Positions 28,222 to 38,379 are shown, counted from the stretch's first letter. The stretch is DNA of 64,000 nt from Actinomycetes bacterium (GCA_021786095.1 JAJYNX010000098.1:448-64447), one strand, 5' to 3'. The notes: generated by a model not told the origin, from the letters alone. Numbers and translations are program-made.

Positions 28222-29631
28222 ATGAGCAGCAACCTACTGGAGACCGAGCGAGTCGAACGGCCCGCCGATGCGCACGCGCGCGAGGACGTGCGCCACGCGG
28301 CGATGCGGCCCGTGCTCGAGACGCCGCGGTGGTGGTGGCCGGCCGTGCTGGTGCTGGGTGCCGTCGTCGTCCTGGGCATCGTCGCGTGGATGGTTCAGGT
28401 CGCCGACGGCCTGGGCACCGCCGGCTACAGCGACGGAGCCTTCTGGGCCATCTACGAGGCGAACCTCGTGGCCTTCATCGGCGTCAGCTACGGCGGCGCC
28501 GTGGTGTCGGCGATCCTGCGTTTGACCCACGCTGGCTGGCGGGCCCCCCTGACGCGGATCGCCGAGGCCACGGCCCTCGTGACCCTGCCCATCGGGATGC
28601 TCTTCATCATTCCCCACCTGGGCAGCCCCCAGAAGATCTGGGAACTGGTCTGGCCGCCGTACTGGAACCTGTCGTCGCCGATCCTCTGGGACTTCTTCGC
28701 GGTCAGCACGTATCTGCTCGCGACCATCGTGTTCTTCTATCTGCCGCTCGTCCCCGACGCCGCCATCGTGCTCGACCGCCTTGGTGACGCGCCGGCCAAT
28801 CGCCGCGTTCGCGTGCGGCGCACGCTGTACCGCGCGCTCCTGGGCCGCTTCGGGGGCACGCCGCGCGAACGGGCCGCGCTCAACGGGTCGATCGGCCTGG
28901 TCGCCATCATGATCATCCCCATGGCGGTCTCGGTCCACTCGGTGCTGTCCTTCGCGTTCTCGTCGTCGTCGCGACCCGGCTACATGGAGACGATCTTCCC
29001 GGTCTACTTCGTCGTCGCGGCGCTCTACTCGGGAGTCGCGCTGGTGGTGCTGGTGATCGCCGCGAGCCGGCGTCTCTTCCACCTCGAGGCGTTCATCGTG
29101 CCGCGCCACTTCGTGCGCCTGGGCTTCGTGATGATCGCCTTCGGTGCGGCGTACCTGTACCTCACCTTCACCGAGTACCTGGTCGACGGCTACTCGGGGA
29201 CCACCGGTGCGGCCGCCTGGGTGTACCAGGACATCGCTGGTCGCTACTGGATCCCCTTCTGGTTCTACTTCGTCGCGGCTGGCGTGGTGCCCCTGGTCAT
29301 CATGGCCGTGCGGCGCTTTCGCACGACGTCGGGGGTGGTGGTCGCCTCGACGCTCGTGGTGCTGGCCCTGTGGGTCAAGCGTCTCGTGATCGTGATCCCC
29401 CCGGCGACGGAGCCGCTCGTGCAGTCGCCGCTGGCCAAGGGTGGCGTACTCGCCGGCAACTGGGGTAGCTACCACTTCACCTGGGTGCCGATCTCGATCA
29501 CGGTGGCGGCCACCGCCGCGATACCGCTGCTGTTGCTGATCGTGTTCCGCTTCGTGCCCATCCTGCCGATGGCCGAGATGGAGGAGATGGACGACGAGCT
29601 CGTTGGCGCGTCGTCGAGGGAGGTGGCGTGA
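28222..29631 (+). CDS. NrfD/PsrC-family quinone-interacting membrane subunit (ActC-like)
   Basis: VSAILRL...WRAPLTRIAEA, PHLGSP, NLSSPILWDFFAVSTY, VSVHSVLSF, RFVPILP; about ten TM helices. Confidence 0.92.
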   Translation: MSSNLLETERVERPADAHAREDVRHAAMRPVLETPRWWWPAVLVLGAVVVLGIVAWMVQVADGLGTAGYSDGAFWAIYEANLVAFIGVSYGGAVVSAILRLTHAGWRAPLTRIAEATALVTLPIGMLFIIPHLGSPQKIWELVWPPYWNLSSPILWDFFAVSTYLLATIVFFYLPLVPDAAIVLDRLGDAPANRRVRVRRTLYRALLGRFGGTPRERAALNGSIGLVAIMIIPMAVSVHSVLSFAFSSSSRPGYMETIFPVYFVVAALYSGVALVVLVIAASRRLFHLEAFIVPRHFVRLGFVMIAFGAAYLYLTFTEYLVDGYSGTTGAAAWVYQDIAGRYWIPFWFYFVAAGVVPLVIMAVRRFRTTSGVVVASTLVVLALWVKRLVIVIPPATEPLVQSPLAKGGVLAGNWGSYHFTWVPISITVAATAAIPLLLLIVFRFVPILPMAEMEEMDDELVGASSREVA

Positions 29632-30176
29632 TGGCGCGGACGACGGGTCGTGGTGTGCGACGGGTGGGGGCCGCGTTCGGCGGCGCCCTGATCCTGGTCG
29701 CGGTGGCGTTCGCGCTGCCGGCGGCGGCGTCGGGCCCGAGCGTGGCGTTGCGGGCCTCGACCCCGTCGGGCGGTGGCGTGGCGCTGACGGCGCAGGTGGC
29801 GTCGGTCGACGCACCGGTGACGGTCGACTACTACGTGCACCTCGAGGAGTTCTCGGGCGCGCCCCTGCTGCTGATCGGCTCGTCGACGACCAACGCCGCG
29901 GGAGTGGCGACCGACGTCTACCAGCCGACGTGGTCGGGGCCGCAGAACTTCGTCGCCACGGTCGTCGCACCGAGCGGGACGGTTCTGGCTACTACGAGCC
30001 TGACGGTCCAGGCCGCGAAGACCGACCCCTTCGCGGGCAGCGTCCAGAGCCTGCGACCCGACGGCCTCATCGGCCGCTGGGTCGTGGTCGCCCTGCTGGC
30101 CCTGCTGTTGGCCATGTGGATCACGCTGCTGGCGGTGATCGTGCGCGTCCAGCAGGGTCCTCGCGTCGTGCGGTGA
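29628..30176 (+). CDS. Exported beta-rich protein with C-terminal membrane anchor
   Basis: N-terminal signal, Ig-like beta pattern, C-terminal TM; coupled to the nrfD-like gene. Confidence 0.7.
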   Translation: MMARTTGRGVRRVGAAFGGALILVAVAFALPAAASGPSVALRASTPSGGGVALTAQVASVDAPVTVDYYVHLEEFSGAPLLLIGSSTTNAAGVATDVYQPTWSGPQNFVATVVAPSGTVLATTSLTVQAAKTDPFAGSVQSLRPDGLIGRWVVVALLALLLAMWITLLAVIVRVQQGPRVVR

Positions 30177-30180
30177 CCTG

Positions 30181-31866
30181 ATGGCGGGCGTCGCGGGACT
30201 GTCGGTGACGAACCACACGGTCGTCGGGGCGTTCGATCACGAGCTGGTGATCCAGGCCGGGGTGATCGCGTCCCTCGCGATCATCGCGTGTCTCGTGGCC
30301 GTCGCGGTGGCCGGTCGCGGCGCGTCCAACGAGGACAGCGGGGATAGTGGGGCAGAGCCCGTCGCTCGGCGAGTCGTGCGCGTGGGCTTCGGCCTCGTCT
30401 GGCTTGTTGACGGCATCCTCCAGGCCCAGTCGGCGATGCCCCTGGGCATGATTCCCCAGGTGGTGCAGCCGGCGTCGTCGTCGTCGCCGAGCTGGGTGCA
30501 GCACCTGGTCAACGTCACCGCGACGATGTGGACCCTGCATCCCGTGAGTGTGCCCGCCTCGGCCGTGTGGATCCAGATTGGACTGGGAGTCTGGCTTCTG
30601 GGCGCCCGTCGGGGGGAGTGGTCGCGGATGGCGGGCTGGACCAGTCTGGCCTGGGGCCTCTTCGTGTGGGTGTTCGGTGAGGCCTTTGGTGGCCTCTTCG
30701 CGCCGGGCTTGTCCTGGTTGACGGGGGCGCCGGGGGGCGTCCTCTTCTACTGCGCGGCGGGCGTGCTGGTCGCACTGCCGGAGCGTCACTGGGAGTCGGC
30801 CCGCCTGGGTCGTGTCGTGCTGGCGACGCTCGGCGGCTTCTTCATGGTGATGGCCGCCCTACAGGCGTGGCCGGGTCGGGGCTACTGGCGCGGGGCGGGC
30901 ACGCACGGGCCGGGCACGCTGCTCGGCGCGGTTCAGGCCATGACGACCACCCCCCAGCCCTCCGCGCTGCGCTCGCTGGTCACGGGCTTCGCCGCGGTGG
31001 ACAGCGCGCACGGCTGGGCCGTGAACCTGGTCGTTGTCGTGGCACTCGGGGTGATCGGGGCGTTGCTCGTGCGTGCGCGGCCGTCGTGGTTGCGCGTGGT
31101 GGTGGTGGCTGGCGTCCTCCTGTGCCTGGCGGACTGGGTCCTGGTCCAGGACATGGGGTTCTGGGGCGGGGTCGGCACCGACCCCAACAGCATGATTCCG
31201 ACGGCCCTGTTGCTCGTCACCGGGTACCTCGCGGTGTCGAGCGTGCCCGCGACGCGACCGGCCGTGGTGCCTCAACGTCGCGTGGCCCGGGGCGCGCGCG
31301 TGTCGTGGGCGGCGTCGCTGGTCGCCCTGATCATGCTGGTCGTGGGCGTGGTCCCCGCGCTCGCGGCGGCGGCCGATCCCCGAGCGAGCACCATCCTCGC
31401 CCGCGCGGAGGGTGCCACCGTCGCCGCGCTCGACGCCCCGTCGCCGTGGCCGGGCTGGTCGGGTGCGACGGGGCCTTCGGGCTCGGAACCGACGGTGGTG
31501 ACGTTCCTCGGGAGCTGCGACGCCCGCAGTGACCTCGCCACGCTGCGCGCGGCCCAGCGTGATCTCATGGCGTCGGGCGACGCGATGAGTGTCACGGTGG
31601 CGACCGCCTGCGCGGCGCCGCAGGCGCCGGCGCGCTGGCGGGTGGCTCGACTGACGCCGGTCGAGCTGCGGCGCTGGCGCGCGGCCTTCGGACAGCTGAG
31701 TGGCCTCACGTCACGCCCGCGGGGTGATGTCTACTACGTGCTCGCTCCCGACGGCCAGGTATGCGACGCGCTCGTGACCGGCGCGGCGCCGGTCGGTGGT
31801 CCACTGGTCTCGTCGAACGCGGTGGAGCTCGCCGGGGTCGTGCGTCGTGTGGCGCTCGGCCTCTAG
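30181..31866 (+). CDS. Polytopic membrane protein (two DoxX-like repeats) fused to a degenerate SCO/thioredoxin-like domain
   Basis: GFGLVWLVDGILQAQ...VWVFGEAFGG and ...DWVLVQDMGFWGG repeats; C-terminal PTVVTFLGSC...YYVLAPDG without an intact CxxxC. Confidence 0.6.
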   Translation: MAGVAGLSVTNHTVVGAFDHELVIQAGVIASLAIIACLVAVAVAGRGASNEDSGDSGAEPVARRVVRVGFGLVWLVDGILQAQSAMPLGMIPQVVQPASSSSPSWVQHLVNVTATMWTLHPVSVPASAVWIQIGLGVWLLGARRGEWSRMAGWTSLAWGLFVWVFGEAFGGLFAPGLSWLTGAPGGVLFYCAAGVLVALPERHWESARLGRVVLATLGGFFMVMAALQAWPGRGYWRGAGTHGPGTLLGAVQAMTTTPQPSALRSLVTGFAAVDSAHGWAVNLVVVVALGVIGALLVRARPSWLRVVVVAGVLLCLADWVLVQDMGFWGGVGTDPNSMIPTALLLVTGYLAVSSVPATRPAVVPQRRVARGARVSWAASLVALIMLVVGVVPALAAAADPRASTILARAEGATVAALDAPSPWPGWSGATGPSGSEPTVVTFLGSCDARSDLATLRAAQRDLMASGDAMSVTVATACAAPQAPARWRVARLTPVELRRWRAAFGQLSGLTSRPRGDVYYVLAPDGQVCDALVTGAAPVGGPLVSSNAVELAGVVRRVALGL

Positions 31867-31874
31867 CCACGGCG

Positions 31875-33401
31875 TCACACGGGGGCGACGACCTCGCGGC
31901 GTGGCGTGGTCGGCGGGCGCACATCGCGCGCCTCGCCGATCAGGTCGTCGCGCAGGGCCCGTACGGCGGGATCGTCGAATCGGTTCACGCGCTGGAGCGG
32001 ATCGTCGGTGAGGTCGTAGAGTTCGCCCTCACTCCCGTCGTGGACGGTGCCCGGCAGGTAGGTGGTGCAGACGTAGCCGTCGTGGGTGATGGTGCGCAGA
32101 TGCACGTCGACGCCGAACAGCTCGGAGTCCCACTCCGTCAGGACGGGTCGGGTGGGCTCGTCGGGTGAGGTGGGTAGGGGGCGACCCTCGAGGAAGGCGG
32201 GCGGCTCGACGCCGGCGAGCGCGCAGAAGGTCGGAGCGAGATCGATCAGCCCGACGGGGCAGTCGATCACGGCGGGGGCGATGCCGCGACGCGGGGCGGG
32301 GCGCCACACCAGGGGCAGGCGCATCAAGGAGTCCACGTGGTAGGGGCCCTTGAAGAGCAGGCCGAAGTCGCCCTGGAACTCGCCGTGGTCGGTGGTGACG
32401 ACGACGTCCACGTCGTCGTCCCACCCGCGCGCATCGAGGGCCTCCAGCACTCGACCCAGCGCCTCGTCGATGAGCTCCACCTCGACCGCGTTGCGAGCGT
32501 TGACCTCGCGGACCTGGTCGGCGGTCAGCGTGGCCGGCACCCAGGTCGCGGGAGCCTCGTAGTTCGAGACCAGCGCCCCGTCGTACCAGAGACGCCAGTG
32601 GCGTGGCTTGTCGTCGAGCAGCCGCTCACGTTCGTCGCGGCGCGCCGGGTAGCCCGCCGGCAACGCGACGTCGCGCCAGTCGATGCGTCGCATCTCGCTC
32701 TCGGGCGGGTCCCACGGGTGGTGCGGGTCCGGGAAGCTCATCCAGCAGAACCAGTCGTCGTCGTCGGCGAGGCCGGCCAGCCAGTCGAGGGTGCGTTGGG
32801 CGACCCAGTCGGTGTGGTACCACTCGCGCGCGACGGGGTTCACCGCCACCTGGGGGGCGCCGGTCGCACCGCCGCCGCGGGCGTTGACCTGCAGGTCGGC
32901 GTCGAGCGTCTCGTAGAAGCCGGCCATCGCCTCGGGGTGGTTCGCGCGCAGCCAGCGCGCGTAGTGCAGGGGTCCCATCACGCCGTGGGTCGCGAGCTCG
33001 AGGTGCTCGAAGCCTCGGTGCGAGCCCCCCGGGGGCGTGGGCCCGAGGGCGCCCAGCGCGTTCTCGGCGAAGCGGCCGAAGGGGTCGAGGAAGGGCTCGA
33101 AGTGGGCCTTGCCGATCAGGGCCGTGCGGTACCCGGTCTGGCGCAGCACCTCAGCGATCGACGGCGCGTCGTCGGCCAGGGGCACCCCGTTCATCCACAC
33201 GCCGTGGGTCGCCGGGTGCTGGCCGGTCAGCATGGTGGCCCGCGACGGCATGCACACGACCGAGGAGGGTACGGCGCGCTCGTAGCGCAGACCGTGCGCC
33301 GCCAGCGCGTCGACGACCGGGGTCCGCGCGAGCGTGCCGCCGTTGCAGCCCAGCGTGTCGTAGCGCTGTTGGTCGGTGGTGACGAAGAGGATCCTGCTCA
33401 C
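31875..33401 (-). CDS. Sulfatase-family hydrolase
   Basis: ILFVTTDQQRYD, CMPSRATMLTG (CxPxR), GKAH, SFPDPHHP, TTDHGEFQGD; GTG start 33401. Confidence 0.92.
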   Translation of the reverse strand: MSRILFVTTDQQRYDTLGCNGGTLARTPVVDALAAHGLRYERAVPSSVVCMPSRATMLTGQHPATHGVWMNGVPLADDAPSIAEVLRQTGYRTALIGKAHFEPFLDPFGRFAENALGALGPTPPGGSHRGFEHLELATHGVMGPLHYARWLRANHPEAMAGFYETLDADLQVNARGGGATGAPQVAVNPVAREWYHTDWVAQRTLDWLAGLADDDDWFCWMSFPDPHHPWDPPESEMRRIDWRDVALPAGYPARRDERERLLDDKPRHWRLWYDGALVSNYEAPATWVPATLTADQVREVNARNAVEVELIDEALGRVLEALDARGWDDDVDVVVTTDHGEFQGDFGLLFKGPYHVDSLMRLPLVWRPAPRRGIAPAVIDCPVGLIDLAPTFCALAGVEPPAFLEGRPLPTSPDEPTRPVLTEWDSELFGVDVHLRTITHDGYVCTTYLPGTVHDGSEGELYDLTDDPLQRVNRFDDPAVRALRDDLIGEARDVRPPTTPRREVVAPV

Positions 33402-33823
33402 GTCGCCTCGACGAGCTCGCGGAGTCGGTGCAGCGCGTCGCCGGCCGCGCCGGCGATCACCAGCGCCAGCGTGGCGGGATTGGCGTCTACGCCGTAGACG
33501 GCCAGGCACGTCCCGTCGTCGAGGTCGATGACGTCGATGGTGGACAGGTGCTCGTGGAACAGCGCGGTGGTGATCCGGTACTGGAAGCGTCGGGCCAGCG
33601 GATCGTTGGTGACGATCTCCTCGGGCATCGCCACACCCGACTCGGTGACCACGGTGCGCGTCGCTCCCGTCACGCGGCACTCGGCGATGCCCGTGAACCA
33701 CTCGGCCAGTCGCGTCGGGTCGCCCACGTAGGGCCAGACGACCTCGGCGGGTCGACGGATCCGTACGTGGCGTCGCACACTGGCGCGGGTGCGGTGCACG
33801 GCCTCACCGACGCGGTCCTCCAC
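33398..33823 (-). CDS. SRPBCC (polyketide cyclase-like) domain protein
   Basis: PAEVVWPYVGDPTRLAEWF, RRFQYRI; coupled to the sulfatase. Confidence 0.8.
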   Translation of the reverse strand: MEDRVGEAVHRTRASVRRHVRIRRPAEVVWPYVGDPTRLAEWFTGIAECRVTGATRTVVTESGVAMPEEIVTNDPLARRFQYRITTALFHEHLSTIDVIDLDDGTCLAVYGVDANPATLALVIAGAAGDALHRLRELVEAT

Positions 33824-33982
33824 GGGCGAAGCGTAGAGGTCGCCCCGGGCGCTGTCAACGACGTGCCACGAGCTCGGCCACCGCGTGGGCCGCGCGGGCT
33901 CGCGGGTTACGCTCGAGGTGGTGCTCCGATCGGTGGCGCGCCACGGTCGAGGGAGGCCACGTGGTCAATGGGGACCTGGCGC

Positions 33983-36900
33983 ATGGCTGAGGCCACTGAC
34001 CCTTCGCTCGACGATCTGGTGACGGGGGCGAGCGAGCGAGCCCGGCGACTCATCGCCGAGGCCGAGCGTCACCGCACCCGCCACGAGCGCGCGGTGCGTC
34101 GTCAATTCGTCGGGCTCTTCCGCGACCCCGCGGCCCTGGGCGTGACGATCGCGATGACCGATGAGGTGATGCGCTGCGCGTCGCGCGAGGGGGCGACGCG
34201 AATCCTGCGCCGCACGGCGCCGCACGCGACCGTGGCCGGCTTCGGCGTGCTCAATGCCCTCGGCCTGCGACTGATGGCGGCCGCGTCGCGCGTGGCCCCG
34301 GCGCTCGTCGTGCGGATCGTGCACTGGCGCGTGCGCCGACTGTCGGGCGACCTGATCCTGGACGCGGCGCCCGCGGCGTTCTCGCGCCACGCGCGCCGCC
34401 GACGCGAGCAGGGCCTCGCGCTCAACGTCAACGTGCTGGGCGAGGCGGTCCTCGGGGAGCACGAGGCCGCGCAGCGACTCGCGCGGGTGGTGGCGATGAT
34501 CCGCCGCGACGACGTGAGCTACGTCTCGGTCAAGCTCTCGGCGCTGGTCAGCCAGATCGTGGCGATCGACCACGCGGGCTCGCGCGAGCGGGTCGCGCAG
34601 CGTCTGCGCACCCTTTTCCGCGAGGCCAACGCGCACGCGACGTTCGTCAACCTCGACATGGAGGAGTACCGCGACCTGCGCCTCACCGTCGACGGGTTCA
34701 TCGAGGTCCTCTCCGAGCCCGAGTTCGCCACCACCTACGCCGGCATCGTGCTGCAGGCCTACCTGCCCGACTCGCACGCCGCGCTCGAGGAGTTGCTCGC
34801 CTGGGCCCTGGACCGCCGTGCGGCCGGCGGGGCGCCGATCAAGGTGCGCCTGGTCAAGGGCGCCAACCTGGCCATGGAGCACGCCGAGGCCGAGCTGCAC
34901 GGCTGGGTCGCCGCCCCCTACGACACCAAGGCCGACGTCGACGCCAGCTACGCGCGCCTGATCGACCGCGCGCTGCGCGTCGAGCACGCCGGGGCCCTGC
35001 GAGTGGGGGTGGCCAGCCACAACCTGTTCGCCGTCGCCTGGGCCCTCGAGGTGGCGGCGGCCCGCGGCGTGGGCGATCAGCTGGACATCGAGATGCTCGA
35101 GGGCATGGCGCCCGCCGAGGCGCGCGCCCTGGTGAGCGAGGGGCGCACCGTGCTCCTCTACGCGCCGGTCACGCGCGTCGACGACTTCGCCGCCGCCGTG
35201 GCCTACCTGGTGCGGCGCCTCGACGAGAACACCGCACCCGAGAACTACCTGCGCGCGGCCTTCGCGATCGCGAGCGACCCGGCGACCTTCGAGGAGCAGC
35301 GCCGCCGTTTCGTGGTCTCCGTCGCGGCGCGCCACGCGTTGGTCACCGACCGGCGGCGCCGTGCTCGCGCCGCGACCGCGGGCTTCGCCAACGCGCCCGA
35401 CGGCGACCCCACCGACCTCGCCTACGTGGCGGCGCTCGCGTCGTCGTGCGAGGGGCTCGCCGCTCGCGGCGACCGGGCGCAGCTCGTCGAGGTCGGTGAG
35501 GACGTGGCCGACGCGCCGGCGTCGGCGCTCGAGGTCGGCACCGACCCCAACGACGCGGGAGCGGGCTGGTACCGCTACCGGGTCGCGGACCGCGACCGGA
35601 TCGACGAGGTCGTGGCGCGCGCGCGCGCCGCCGCGCCGGCGTGGGCCGCCCGCTCGGCGAGCGAGCGTGGCGCGATCCTCGCACGGGTGGCGGCGGTGAT
35701 GGAGGCGCACCGCGCCGCCACGATCGCGGTCATGGCGCGCGACACGGGCAAGACGGTGGCCGAGGGGGACCCCGAGGTCAGCGAGGCGATCGACTTCGCG
35801 CGCTACTACGCCACGCTCGGCGAGGGCCGGGAGGGAGTGGGTCTGGAGGGATCGACCCCGCTCGGGGTGGTCCTCGTCGTGCCGCCGTGGAACTTCCCCT
35901 ACTCCATTCCCGCCGGTGGGGTCACCGCGGCTCTCGCGGCGGGCAACGCGGTGCTGCTCAAGCCCGCGCCCGAGGCGGTGGCGGTGGGCTGGGAGCTGGC
36001 CCAGCACCTCTGGGAGGGGGGCGTGCCGCGCGACGTGGTGCAGTTCGTGCCCACGCGCGACGACGAGCACGGGCGCCACCTGGTCACCCACGACGGCGTC
36101 GACGCGGTGGTGCTGACCGGCTCGTTCGACACCGCGCGCCTGTTCACCTCCTGGAAGCCGTCGATGACCCTGCTCGCCGAGACCAGCGGCAAGAACGCCC
36201 TCGTGGTGACGGCGTCGGCCGACGTCGACCTGGCGGTGAAGGACCTGGTGCACTCGGCGTTCGCCAACGCCGGCCAGAAGTGCAGCGCGGCGAGCCTGGC
36301 CATCGTGGACCGCGCCACCTACGACAACCCGCTCTTCGTGCGTCAGCTGGTCGACGCGGTGACCAGCCTCGCGGTCGGCGCAGCGCTGGAGTGGGCGAGC
36401 GAGGTGGGGCCGGTGATCCGCCCGCCCGAGACTGCCCTACGCCGGGCCCTGACCCAGCTCGACCCCGGCGAGTCGTGGCTGGTCGAGCCCGCACCCCTGG
36501 ACGAGACCGGTCACCTCTGGCGCCCGGGGGTGAAGGTCGGCGTGGCGCCAGGGTCGTGGAGCCACCGTCACGAGTGGTTCGGCCCGGTGCTCGGCGTCAT
36601 GGTGGCCCCGGACCTGGCGACGGCCATCGAGTGGCAGAACGCGGTCGACTACGGACTCACGGCCGGCATCCACAGCCTGGACGAGGCCGAGTGCGCGACG
36701 TGGCTCGAGCGCGTCGAGGCGGGCAACCTCTACGTGAACCGGGCGATCACCGGGGCGGTGGTGCGTCGTCAGCCCTTCGGTGGCTGGAAGCGCTCCAGCG
36801 TCGGACCCGGCGCCAAGGCCGGTGGGGTCAACTACGTCGCCGCCCTGCGTCGCTGGCCCGAGGTCGACGACGTCGTGGCGGCCCGCGACGACCTACGACG

Positions 36901-37390
36901 CTGGTGGGACGAGCGCGCGAGCCGGGCGATCGACGAGTCGGGACTCGCCGTCGAGAGCAATCACGTGCGCTACCGCCGCGCCCGCCAGCCGATCCTCGTG
37001 CGCGTCGACGAGCGCGTCGACGCGCCGCGCGTGGGCTACGTGCGCGCCCTCGCGTCGATCACCGGGGCCCGGATCCAGTTCAGCGCCGCGCGCGTGGTTC
37101 CCGGCGTCGACGGCGTGATCGTCGAGTCGCTCGACGAGCTAGTCGCACGCGCCGCGACGGTCGCGCGAGTGCGTTGGTGGAGCGAGGAGACGCCCCCGGT
37201 GACGGAGCTGCTCGATCAGGGCCGCACGACGGACCGACGCCCGCTGAGCGGCGTGGGCGCCGTCGAGGGGCCGCGCTGGCTGCTCGAGCAGAGCGTGGCG
37301 ATCACCAACCACCGCTACGGCAACGTGAACGCAGGCCCCAAGCCCGCGGTGGTGGGCCTCGGCACGACGGCGAACTCGCGGGGCGGGTGA
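33983..37390 (+). CDS. putA: Bifunctional proline dehydrogenase / P5C dehydrogenase
   Basis: NVNVLGEAVLG, NLDMEEYRD, VRLVKGANL, YLVRRLDENT, EAIDFARYY, ETSGKN, AGQKCSAAS. Confidence 0.93.
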   Translation: MAEATDPSLDDLVTGASERARRLIAEAERHRTRHERAVRRQFVGLFRDPAALGVTIAMTDEVMRCASREGATRILRRTAPHATVAGFGVLNALGLRLMAAASRVAPALVVRIVHWRVRRLSGDLILDAAPAAFSRHARRRREQGLALNVNVLGEAVLGEHEAAQRLARVVAMIRRDDVSYVSVKLSALVSQIVAIDHAGSRERVAQRLRTLFREANAHATFVNLDMEEYRDLRLTVDGFIEVLSEPEFATTYAGIVLQAYLPDSHAALEELLAWALDRRAAGGAPIKVRLVKGANLAMEHAEAELHGWVAAPYDTKADVDASYARLIDRALRVEHAGALRVGVASHNLFAVAWALEVAAARGVGDQLDIEMLEGMAPAEARALVSEGRTVLLYAPVTRVDDFAAAVAYLVRRLDENTAPENYLRAAFAIASDPATFEEQRRRFVVSVAARHALVTDRRRRARAATAGFANAPDGDPTDLAYVAALASSCEGLAARGDRAQLVEVGEDVADAPASALEVGTDPNDAGAGWYRYRVADRDRIDEVVARARAAAPAWAARSASERGAILARVAAVMEAHRAATIAVMARDTGKTVAEGDPEVSEAIDFARYYATLGEGREGVGLEGSTPLGVVLVVPPWNFPYSIPAGGVTAALAAGNAVLLKPAPEAVAVGWELAQHLWEGGVPRDVVQFVPTRDDEHGRHLVTHDGVDAVVLTGSFDTARLFTSWKPSMTLLAETSGKNALVVTASADVDLAVKDLVHSAFANAGQKCSAASLAIVDRATYDNPLFVRQLVDAVTSLAVGAALEWASEVGPVIRPPETALRRALTQLDPGESWLVEPAPLDETGHLWRPGVKVGVAPGSWSHRHEWFGPVLGVMVAPDLATAIEWQNAVDYGLTAGIHSLDEAECATWLERVEAGNLYVNRAITGAVVRRQPFGGWKRSSVGPGAKAGGVNYVAALRRWPEVDDVVAARDDLRRWWDERASRAIDESGLAVESNHVRYRRARQPILVRVDERVDAPRVGYVRALASITGARIQFSAARVVPGVDGVIVESLDELVARAATVARVRWWSEETPPVTELLDQGRTTDRRPLSGVGAVEGPRWLLEQSVAITNHRYGNVNAGPKPAVVGLGTTANSRGG

Positions 37391-37559
37391 GGCGCCGGGC
37401 GCCATCGCCGTGGTCGGCGTATGGCCTCGACGCGCTAGTTTGCAGGGGTGACCCGATGGTAGGGTTCGCGCACTCAATCCAGTCCTCGTTGGGGTCGCCA
37501 CGTGAGAACGGAGACGAGATGACGATGATGCCGGGCGGCGACGTCACCCATCGAGGAAC

Positions 37560-38300
37560 GTGAGTAGCGACGTGCCCGCAACGCGGCTGTCGGCCGTGGT
37601 GGCGCTCCTGGTGGAGCGTCAACGGGCGGGTGAGGAGGCCCACGCCTTGTGCCTGGTGGCCGCGGAGGTCATCGTGGTGGACGGGGCGGCCGTCTCCCTG
37701 GTCTCGCCCGAGGGCGCTCTCACGGTCGTGTGCTGCGGGACGACGCGAGCGCGCGATCTCATGGACGCGGAGCTCACCACGGGCGAGGGGCCGTGCGTCG
37801 ACGCCGCGCGGACCCGTCGCACGGTGGTCGAGGTGGACGTGCTCACGGCCGCGACCTCGCGCTGGCTGGGCTACAACGCCCTCGCGCGCGAGATCGGCGT
37901 GGGCGGCGTGTTCGCCGTGCCGGTGAAGGTGGGGTCCGTTCGCATCGGCGTGCTGGGCCTCTACCGTGACGAGCCCGGACCGCTGCGCGACGACCAGTGG
38001 TCGGACGTGTACCTGATGGCGGCGGTCATCGGTCGGGCCATTCTGGCGTTGCAGGCCGGCGCGTCGCCCGGGATGCTGGCCGCCGCGCTCGAGCGTGACG
38101 GCGCCAGCGAGGTGACGGTGCACTGGGCCTGCGGCATGCTCGCGGTGCAGGGGACGGTGTCCGTGAGTGACGCCCTGGTGATCCTGCGCAGCCACGCGTT
38201 CGCGACTGGCGTGACGCTGGCGGGCCTCGCGGCGCGGGTGGTCGCCAACGAGACTCACTGGGACGCTGACCGGCTCGCGTGGGCGGACGGCTCGTGGTGA
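37560..38300 (+). CDS. GAF-ANTAR domain protein
   Basis: GEGPCVDAA, VHWACGMLAVQ, ALVILRSHAF. Confidence 0.85.
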   Translation: MSSDVPATRLSAVVALLVERQRAGEEAHALCLVAAEVIVVDGAAVSLVSPEGALTVVCCGTTRARDLMDAELTTGEGPCVDAARTRRTVVEVDVLTAATSRWLGYNALAREIGVGGVFAVPVKVGSVRIGVLGLYRDEPGPLRDDQWSDVYLMAAVIGRAILALQAGASPGMLAAALERDGASEVTVHWACGMLAVQGTVSVSDALVILRSHAFATGVTLAGLAARVVANETHWDADRLAWADGSW

Positions 38301-38379
38301 GGGGCTGGGGCGCAGTTCCGACGAATAGGGTGGGATCCGGCGTGGAGGCGAGTCGCCGCGAGGATGAGGTAGTGGTGCG

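Noticed and set aside
33428-33982. 1320-aa version of PutA
   Set aside because: The extension overlaps the opposite-strand SRPBCC gene and is low-complexity
37430-37480. ACCC-gatggta-GGGT hairpin as an ANTAR target
   Set aside because: Single hairpin with a 7-nt loop; the canonical motif needs two hexaloop hairpins
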